A program made the translations under genes and the position numbers. This document shows, one piece after another, positions 57,900 through 64,000 of a stretch of 64,000 nt of DNA. The stretch's first letter is position 1, and every line of letters starts with the position of its first letter. This DNA comes from Verrucomicrobiota bacterium. Its GTDB lineage: Bacteria > Verrucomicrobiota > Verrucomicrobiia > Opitutales > Cerasicoccaceae. Under the pieces are notes generated by a model. That model worked only from the letters and a program-made list of their open reading frames with translations, made no database searches and had not been told where the DNA came from. The DNA is taken from NCBI GenBank assembly GCA_039818205.1, contig JBCBUK010000001.1:544001-608000 (forward strand), in the 5' to 3' direction.

Positions 57900-58520
57900 T
57901 TACTCCTCAGTGGTTTCCTCGGAGGAGGCTTCGGCTTCATCATCGTCCGAGTCGGACTTGCTCTTCGCAGATGAACCAACGGCCACAATAACCATATCAG
58001 GCTCGCCGTCGAAGCTCACGCCCTCGGGTACCTCAACATCACGGAGGTGAACCGCTTGGCCCGCGCCGAGATTCGATACATCGATGTCGATGCTCTCAGG
58101 CAAATTACGGGGCAGGCAGTGAACCGAAAGCTCGTGAACGGGCACTTCAAGAACGCCCCCTTCGGTTTTCACGCCAACAGGCTCGCCAGTTATGTGAACG
58201 GGGATGTGCGCGCTAATCGTTTGTCCCTTGACAACTTCCAAGAAGTCAATGTGACGGAAACGGTCTGTGATCGGATCACGCTGCATTTCATGAACTAGCG
58301 CATCAATGCGGTATTTGTCGCCATCTTCGAGGGTGATAACGGCTGCAGTTCCAGCAACCTCACGCATCATCATCTTGAAATCGCGCTCGGAAACCGCTAA
58401 GGCGCTGTTTCCGCTCTTACCGTAGATGACTGCAGGGATAAAACCCTGTGCGCGCAGGCGCCGCGAATGGCCGCGACCGATTCCCTCACGTTTTTTTACG
58501 GACAGGAGATGTTCACTCAT
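57900..58520 (-). CDS. rplY: 50S ribosomal protein L25/Ctc (long form)
   Basis: SRRLRAQGFIPAVIYG, QRDP...HIDF, GVKTEGG.L, LPESIDIDVSNL. Confidence 0.96.
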   Translation of the reverse strand: MSEHLLSVKKREGIGRGHSRRLRAQGFIPAVIYGKSGNSALAVSERDFKMMMREVAGTAAVITLEDGDKYRIDALVHEMQRDPITDRFRHIDFLEVVKGQTISAHIPVHITGEPVGVKTEGGVLEVPVHELSVHCLPRNLPESIDIDVSNLGAGQAVHLRDVEVPEGVSFDGEPDMVIVAVGSSAKSKSDSDDDEAEASSEETTEE

Positions 58521-58747
58521 TTGTCTTAATATTTTTGGGTTCGATTCCCATTCTCTGAATATGGGAAACCCGCCAAAGAATCACTTTTCGGTCGGAAAGC
58601 AATCAAAACTTTGCTCTCCAGGCCAGTTTTCAGGGGATTTCGACCAAAAATGGAAAGATCTGCCGTGCCCAATTCATACCTTAGAAGTTGAGTCATAATA
58701 CACGCTATAATCAAAACTTTATCGAATCTCCGAAGAATAAGATCTGC

Positions 58748-58782
58748 TTGACATATGTGTCATATTTGTTACTTTTGTAACA
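58748..58782 (+). promoter_or_regulatory. promoter with two overlapping palindromes
   Basis: TTGACA (58748-58753), N16, TACTTT (58770-58775): same layout as the rplM promoter. Palindromes TGACA-TATG-TGTCA and TGTTAC-TTTT-GTAACA. Confidence 0.65.
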
Positions 58783-58922
58783 TGGAATACACATCCCCAA
58801 GCGTTCTCCTTTACGTATTAACCGGATTTGTCGTTGGGTTACTGGCCGTAAATCTATGGATCGATTTACGCTGGAGTAAGGAAGCCCAAATGATGCACGC
58901 CAAGCGCCTGAAGCGAAAATAG
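58782..58922 (+). CDS. 46-aa single-TM small protein (below the ORF-track cutoff)
   Basis: MEYTSPSVLLYVLTGFVVGLLAVNLWIDLRWSKEAQMMHAKRLKRK; the ATG is 6 nt after the -10 hexamer. Confidence 0.6.
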   Translation: MEYTSPSVLLYVLTGFVVGLLAVNLWIDLRWSKEAQMMHAKRLKRK

Positions 58923-59116
58923 CCACGAGCCCGACCCGGAGCGAACGCCTGACTTGGGACTGAGTTCCAAAGCAAAAGTCTTGGGTCTGCCCCCCTGCCG
59001 CTCCCGGAAATTCGGTAATCAGCATCACCCTTTGCCATTTGGTTTGACGCAATTTAGTCTGTGCCAAAGCTAATCGACGTTGTCTGGGCCTACCAGACAA
59101 CGACTTACAGCGGTAA

Positions 59117-60409
59117 ATGGATTGGCTAACTCACTTGTTGCGCGGTTGCATTGGACTGGCGATTCTCACCAGCATTGGATTTGTGCTGAGTCAGAACCGC
59201 AAAGCAATCGACTGGCCAACGATCGCCAAAGGCATTGCGATCCAAGGGCTCCTTGCAGCGATACTCCTGAAGATTGCCGGAGCGAGCGAAGCCGTGCGAT
59301 TTCTCGCATCAGCAATGATTCGCATGCTCGATTGGTCCAACGCCGGTTCGAGCGCATTGTTTGGCAAAGTCGCCTCCGATCAAAGTCTCGGCGGCATCCT
59401 CGCCTTTCAGGTTCTCCCGTCGATAATTTTCTTTGGAGCGCTCGCTACCCTCCTCTATCACTGGGGCGTTCTACCGTTTTTCGTACGCGCCGGTGCCTGG
59501 ATACTGCGCCGCATCATGCCAATTTCCGGACCGGAAAGCCTTGGTCTCGCCTCCAATGTCTTTGTTGGCCCCATCGAATCTACCCTCACGATCAAGCCTT
59601 ACCTCCAGGAAATGACACGGTCGGAATTGTTCTGCTTGATGACTGCCGGCATGTCGACGATCGCTGGAGGCGTAATGGTCGCCTACATCGCGATTCTTGG
59701 AGGCGGCAGCGATGAGATGCGGATTGAGTTTGGGCGGCAGCTTATCACGGCATCGCTGCTGTCCGCGCCAGCCGCCATCGTTGCGGCCAAACTCCTGATT
59801 CCAGAAACCCATAAAGTTGATCTAAACCCGGCTCCGGACCTGAAAATGCGGTTTGAAAACGCCTTTGACGCACTGACCGTCGGGACGAACGAAGGCTTGA
59901 AGCTGGCGCTAGCGGTCGGCGCGATTTTGATTGTTTTTATCGCCCTCGTGACCGGCATTAACGATCTAGCAAACGTGTTCGGCAAGTGGACTGGATTGAA
60001 CGAGGTCATCAACCAATCCACGGATGGGCGGTATCAATCGCTTTCGCTACAATTCCTTTTTGGGCTCATGTTCTCCCCGATCGCCTGGGCAATCGGTATC
60101 GATTCAAGCAATCTACTGGCGGGCGGGCAGCTGCTCGGCGAGAAAACGGCGCTCAATGAATTTATCGCCTATAATTCGCTCGGCACAATGATCCAGAGTG
60201 GACAAATCGCTGACCCACAACAAATTGCAATCCTCACCTTTGCCCTGTGTGGATTTGCGAACTTTGCCAGTATGGGGATTATGCTTGGCGGTCTCTACGC
60301 ACTCGTGCCATCGCGACGCGCAGAAATCGCGCGCTTGGGCCTACCGAGCATCGTTTCAGGGACCGTCGCATCACTGATGACCGCTTGCTGGGCAGGCGCA
60401 CTCTATTGA
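59117..60409 (+). CDS. concentrative nucleoside transporter (CNT/NupC family)
   Basis: SQNRKAIDW, FQVLPSIIFF, TRSELF..MTAGMSTIAG, GEKTALNEFIAY, FALCGFANFAS. Confidence 0.95.
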   Translation: MDWLTHLLRGCIGLAILTSIGFVLSQNRKAIDWPTIAKGIAIQGLLAAILLKIAGASEAVRFLASAMIRMLDWSNAGSSALFGKVASDQSLGGILAFQVLPSIIFFGALATLLYHWGVLPFFVRAGAWILRRIMPISGPESLGLASNVFVGPIESTLTIKPYLQEMTRSELFCLMTAGMSTIAGGVMVAYIAILGGGSDEMRIEFGRQLITASLLSAPAAIVAAKLLIPETHKVDLNPAPDLKMRFENAFDALTVGTNEGLKLALAVGAILIVFIALVTGINDLANVFGKWTGLNEVINQSTDGRYQSLSLQFLFGLMFSPIAWAIGIDSSNLLAGGQLLGEKTALNEFIAYNSLGTMIQSGQIADPQQIAILTFALCGFANFASMGIMLGGLYALVPSRRAEIARLGLPSIVSGTVASLMTACWAGALY

Positions 60410-61140
60410 GCATGAGCTTTCAAGCTCTGGGAAACGCTCGTTGAGCTGATCAAATGCCGTTCGCGCTTTCGCTCCAGAGCATTCATCAACAACCGCTCCA
60501 TGCTTTTGGCGTCATCGTCTGGACCAAAGAAGCGAGCCAGCCACGGATAGACGACCTGGGCCTCAAGATCGTTGAGAACCGGAGGCATCTCTAATGTTCG
60601 GTCAAACGCATCAACCACCGCCTGCGCAACCACACGGACCAGCGTACGGGCCACGTCACAGCTGCGCTCCTCAATGTAGATATCGGTTGCATCGGTCATT
60701 GGGAACTCTTCGAAGACCGTTTGGTAAATTGCCTCAGAATTCACGACTTCCACTTCTGTCCGCGGGAAGAAATTAGTCATGAGGCTCCAAGGTGGCATGG
60801 AGTTCTCCGAGGGCTCACCGCCGCTTTTTTCAGTGCGGAGGATAACCGTTGGAATGTCAGCAAATTTAGCGACCATGAACTCGGCAACCGCGCTCGAATC
60901 CATTTCAACCCCTTCGAAATTAAACAGAGCCAGATCGCACTCCATCAATGTCAGGAGCTTCTCATCGCGGACCTGTTTCGGCGACTTATCGCGGATCGGA
61001 AAATTCTGAGGTAAGACACATCCGTACCGGTGGTCGGAAATGTCGGCAATCGATTCAGCCAGCAATGCATTGCTGGTCATATCTTTATGCGTGGAGGGAT
61101 CCCCCGCAAAGTAAATATTCAGCGTGGGGACGTTGCTCAT
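60403..61140 (-). CDS. nucleoside 2-deoxyribosyltransferase/Rcl-like protein with C-terminal extension
   Basis: IYFAG, VLPQ, CDLALFNFEG.EMDSSAVAEF..AK..DIPTVILR follows the NDT-fold pattern. Probable start ATG 61140. Confidence 0.7.
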   Translation of the reverse strand: MSNVPTLNIYFAGDPSTHKDMTSNALLAESIADISDHRYGCVLPQNFPIRDKSPKQVRDEKLLTLMECDLALFNFEGVEMDSSAVAEFMVAKFADIPTVILRTEKSGGEPSENSMPPWSLMTNFFPRTEVEVVNSEAIYQTVFEEFPMTDATDIYIEERSCDVARTLVRVVAQAVVDAFDRTLEMPPVLNDLEAQVVYPWLARFFGPDDDAKSMERLLMNALERKRERHLISSTSVSQSLKAHAQ

Positions 61141-61412
61141 AAGATCAGGAAAAGTTGCATCAGGAGAAGTGTTAACGGAACGAAACGGCAAAAAGTAAAT
61201 CGGCCAATCTGAGTCGCTGCTTAAGCAAAATCTAGTTTAAAAAATACGTAAACTTATTCACCAGGAATCATGCCTATCAGTCGTTTCCTGGGCCATTTAC
61301 CCCGAATCTTTGCCAAAAACCGCGAAATATCATTAAGATCTATTAACACACCGCGTTTCACCAACTTGGTTAGTTTGCAACCACACTGTTTTAACTGTCC
61401 AAGTCACTGCGG

Positions 61413-61691
61413 CTACGATCTCCCTCCCAGCACCCCAGGAAAATTTATGATAAATGAGGTCGAAAGCGAGATGACTAAAATCAATGCCGGCATGGAAGGA
61501 TGATTGAAGTGAAGAAAAACCGAACGCGAGCCGTTCGCGCTCTGAATCGAGCCATGCGCATTATCGAACTCCTGGAAGCCCCAATAGGATCCGGTGAGAA
61601 CGAGAACCAACCAACTCAAAGAGATTACTGCCAACGTGATACAAATCACATTGATTAGGCGAAGCACGGTCTGATCGGAGGCCACTTTCAT
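61413..61691 (-). CDS. small hypothetical membrane protein
   Basis: Two hydrophobic segments; co-oriented downstream of the FG-GAP gene. No family recognised. Confidence 0.4.
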   Translation of the reverse strand: MKVASDQTVLRLINVICITLAVISLSWLVLVLTGSYWGFQEFDNAHGSIQSANGSRSVFLHFNHPSMPALILVISLSTSFIINFPGVLGGRS

Positions 61692-61722
61692 GCGATTACT
61701 CGACGTGACCAGCAACCGGATG

Positions 61723-64000
61723 CTAGTTCACAACTGGATCATCGGTCGATTCCTCAATTCCTTGAGGATAAAGTAGCATGCGATCATGAACTAATAATAC
61801 GATATCATTCTTACCATCATTGGTAAAATCGCCGATCAAGATCTCCCGCGGTTCCAATGGAGCACCCTTGCGGCCACCGTAATGAAGGTCCTCTTCGAAT
61901 ACGTTGAAATGCAGTGCGCTTTGCCACGAGTCGCCACCGTCCCACTTGAGAATCTCCAGCACGTTATTTTGCCCATCGACCAAAAGAATCTCGGTGCCAT
62001 CAGCCCCATTGAGTTCGGCAATTTTGATTTCGTTGTAAACAATCTCATTCAAATCCGACTCGTAGGTCGCCATCGTATGCAGCGCTTCGGAATCGGAGCC
62101 ATAGGGCGAACGCGTGATCGCACTCTTGCCCAACAAAACGATTTCAGAATCACCGCTCGATTGCTCGTTGAGCACCGCCACAGGAGCGAGATCGCCGAGC
62201 TCAATCACTTGATCATAGCGATAGATGCCCGCATCGTCTCGCCGTAACACCTGAAACCCGCGTTCGCGGCTATCGAAAAGCAGCATATCGGCAACTCCGT
62301 CGTGATCGATATCACGCATGGACGGAATCGAAAGGCGATCATTGCCCGAGCGAGAATTAAACTGGTCGAGAACGGTCCGGCGCATCTCATCATTCAAGTA
62401 TATCGCCCGAACAAATCCTTCAGCGGCAACAAGCAGTTCATCGTGGCCATCGCCGTTGACATCGCCGAGACCAACCTTCGATAGATCGAGTTCACGCAAG
62501 CCCTCGACCTCGGCGATCACGTCGTCCCACTCATCCTCGGGTAGCTGGTTTAAGGCAGTCAGATCCAAGTAGCGGGCACTATCACGGGGAACTGCGATCA
62601 ACAGGTCGGTTGTATCATCTTGATCAAGGTCGCTCAACAACAAGCCGGTGGGTTCCCGCCGGATGCCATCGAGCTGGATCGACTTGGCGACTGCCCACTG
62701 TTTTGCATCATCCGATTCCAATAGGTTGATATAATACTTCCCGCTGTCTTCCGTTAAAACGATGAGCTGCTTGCTGTCATCAAGCCAAAGAATGCGTTTC
62801 GGCTCACCATTGAGGGTAACCGCATCCGGAAAAACAAATCGTTCACCATTCCAGCGAGTCAATCCAACCGTGTTCTCTTTCTCGCTTAAAACAAAGAGCT
62901 CAGCTTGTTGGTCACCGTCAATATCAGCGGCGGCCAAGGCCTCGACACCCTGGAACGACGGATAGGATTTCGCGGGTTTCCACCCGCCCGACGAACTTCC
63001 GGACAGCATCCAGATTTGCGCATTTGCAGAGTCGGCAGCGACGATATCCCCTATTCCATCGCCATCGAAATCGCCAAAAGCATAGGCTTCCGGTGAGCTG
63101 ACATCAGCACCCGTTGAGTAGTACTCGATTGGCCATTCCGATCCTCGATCATCGGCCTTAGTTGGGGTGAGTTGCTCCACCCGCAGCTTTCCGGTTCTGG
63201 GTTCGATCAACATAATTTGCGGTTGAACAGCATCGGGATCGACCCAGGCCACCCCTGGCGTCGCGGTGTCCAAAGAATATGCCGCTTCGGCGCCTGGCCC
63301 GTTCACTGGCTCCCACTCGACGATACGCAACGCCCGCGAAGAACTCGGCACACGATACGTGAATCGAATGGGGCTATCCGCGGTTGCCTCCATGATATCC
63401 AAATCTTTGCCACTACCCGCCATGCGGTGCAGCTCGTGTAGCTTGATCGGCTGACCTCGCTCATTAAAGGCGAAAACCATGAGACGGTCTTTCGTCAACA
63501 TCACCAGCTCGAGCCCGTCGTGCTCATCGGAAAGCTCAAAGAGCTGCATCGTGCTGTTCCACGGCAACGCTTCCAGCGCATCATACTCACGCTTGTCTCC
63601 CCATGATCCAGGTTCGAGCTGTGGAACGACCACCAACGGCTCATCCTTGGACGAGAAAACAATGTCCGGCAGCCCATCCCCCGTTACATCACCAAGCTCG
63701 AGATCATACATAGCAATCCCGCTCACCACGCCTTCGGCGTTGAATCGTGTGTCCTCCAACACAGGGTCCCATCGGTCGCGGCGGATGGTTCGATTCTTCA
63801 CTGGTTCGCTATCGGGGTCGCGCTGATACAAAATCTCGATACGGGCGCGGTCGTTATTAATGACCCCAATGTCTTCCCGACCATCCTGGTCAACGTCCGC
63901 GTGGGCCAATGCGCGGGTTCCCCAATCCAACTTGGTAATCTCGGGTCCTGAAAGGATAACCGCGGGTGAATCGGTAGCCTCATCCGCAAACAACGGTAAG
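61723..64000 (-). CDS. FG-GAP/VCBS-repeat beta-propeller protein, 5'-truncated by the window edge
   Basis: Many repeats: DVDQDGREDI, GDVTGDGLPDI, GDFDGDGIGDI, DIDGDQQAEL, GDVNGDGHDEL, GDFTNDGKNDI. Confidence 0.9.
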   Translation of the reverse strand, partial: LPLFADEATDSPAVILSGPEITKLDWGTRALAHADVDQDGREDIGVINNDRARIEILYQRDPDSEPVKNRTIRRDRWDPVLEDTRFNAEGVVSGIAMYDLELGDVTGDGLPDIVFSSKDEPLVVVPQLEPGSWGDKREYDALEALPWNSTMQLFELSDEHDGLELVMLTKDRLMVFAFNERGQPIKLHELHRMAGSGKDLDIMEATADSPIRFTYRVPSSSRALRIVEWEPVNGPGAEAAYSLDTATPGVAWVDPDAVQPQIMLIEPRTGKLRVEQLTPTKADDRGSEWPIEYYSTGADVSSPEAYAFGDFDGDGIGDIVAADSANAQIWMLSGSSSGGWKPAKSYPSFQGVEALAAADIDGDQQAELFVLSEKENTVGLTRWNGERFVFPDAVTLNGEPKRILWLDDSKQLIVLTEDSGKYYINLLESDDAKQWAVAKSIQLDGIRREPTGLLLSDLDQDDTTDLLIAVPRDSARYLDLTALNQLPEDEWDDVIAEVEGLRELDLSKVGLGDVNGDGHDELLVAAEGFVRAIYLNDEMRRTVLDQFNSRSGNDRLSIPSMRDIDHDGVADMLLFDSRERGFQVLRRDDAGIYRYDQVIELGDLAPVAVLNEQSSGDSEIVLLGKSAITRSPYGSDSEALHTMATYESDLNEIVYNEIKIAELNGADGTEILLVDGQNNVLEILKWDGGDSWQSALHFNVFEEDLHYGGRKGAPLEPREILIGDFTNDGKNDIVLLVHDRMLLYPQGIEESTDDPVVN

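Noticed and set aside
58767..58782. TGTTAC-N4-GTAACA as a LexA box
   Set aside because: It differs from the reported verrucomicrobial LexA motif TGTTC-N4-GAACA in arm sequence and length. I noticed no such box upstream of rarA or ssb either.
58526..59100. Minus-strand ORFs 58526..58714, 58711..59100 and 58811..59038
   Set aside because: No motifs, and they conflict with the better-supported plus-strand promoter and 46-aa ORF.
1..64000. Numerous 60-260 aa ORFs antisense to or out of frame with the called genes (e.g. 8335..9117+, 20622..21341+, 29673..30401+, 31396..32181+, 59080..59715+)
   Set aside because: They overlap well-supported genes and show no recognisable motifs; they are expected shadow ORFs at this GC content.
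1..64000. CRISPR arrays, tRNA/rRNA genes, IS elements, integrases, defence systems
   Set aside because: I saw no regularly spaced repeats, tRNA T-loop/CCA signatures, or transposase, integrase or nuclease motifs by eye. Short degenerate elements could have been missed.

Overview
This 64-kb window looks like a marine Verrucomicrobiota (Opitutales-like) chromosome. That assignment is inferred from PEP-CTERM proteins, many Cys-type sulfatases, a DUF1800/DUF1501 pair and the rplY-pth-rpsF-ssb gene order. Positions 1 to ~37.6 kb are an accessory block lying entirely on the minus strand that resembles a red-algal galactan (agar/porphyran-type) utilisation locus. It holds a GPH sugar symporter, GH50 agarase, GH2, GH29, a GH42-like enzyme, five sulfatases, two DUF1080 proteins, two PEP-CTERM proteins, DUF1800/DUF1501, an AraC regulator, a tandem-duplicated XylR-type regulator and two two-component systems. 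No SusC/D or TonB-dependent receptor is present in the window. From ~42 kb the genes are mostly housekeeping: rplM-rpsI-argCJBDF, rarA, rplY-pth-rpsF-ssb, a CNT nucleoside transporter and a partial FG-GAP protein. I saw no rRNA, tRNA, CRISPR array, transposase or integrase. The most notable observations are: (1) an unnamed CBM-like domain shared between a PEP-CTERM protein and the N-terminus of the DUF1800 protein; (2) a palindromic operator shared by the DUF1800/DUF1501 and sulfatase promoters; (3) a double XylR regulator; (4) a candidate ~150-nt structured ncRNA at ~41.95-42.10 kb; (5) a leaderless 46-aa membrane ORF; (6) a leaderless pseudo-receiver that shares tandem boxes with its response regulator; (7) a PEP-CTERM gene that appears to need an ATT/ATA start. 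All family assignments come from motif recognition by eye; no database searches were run.
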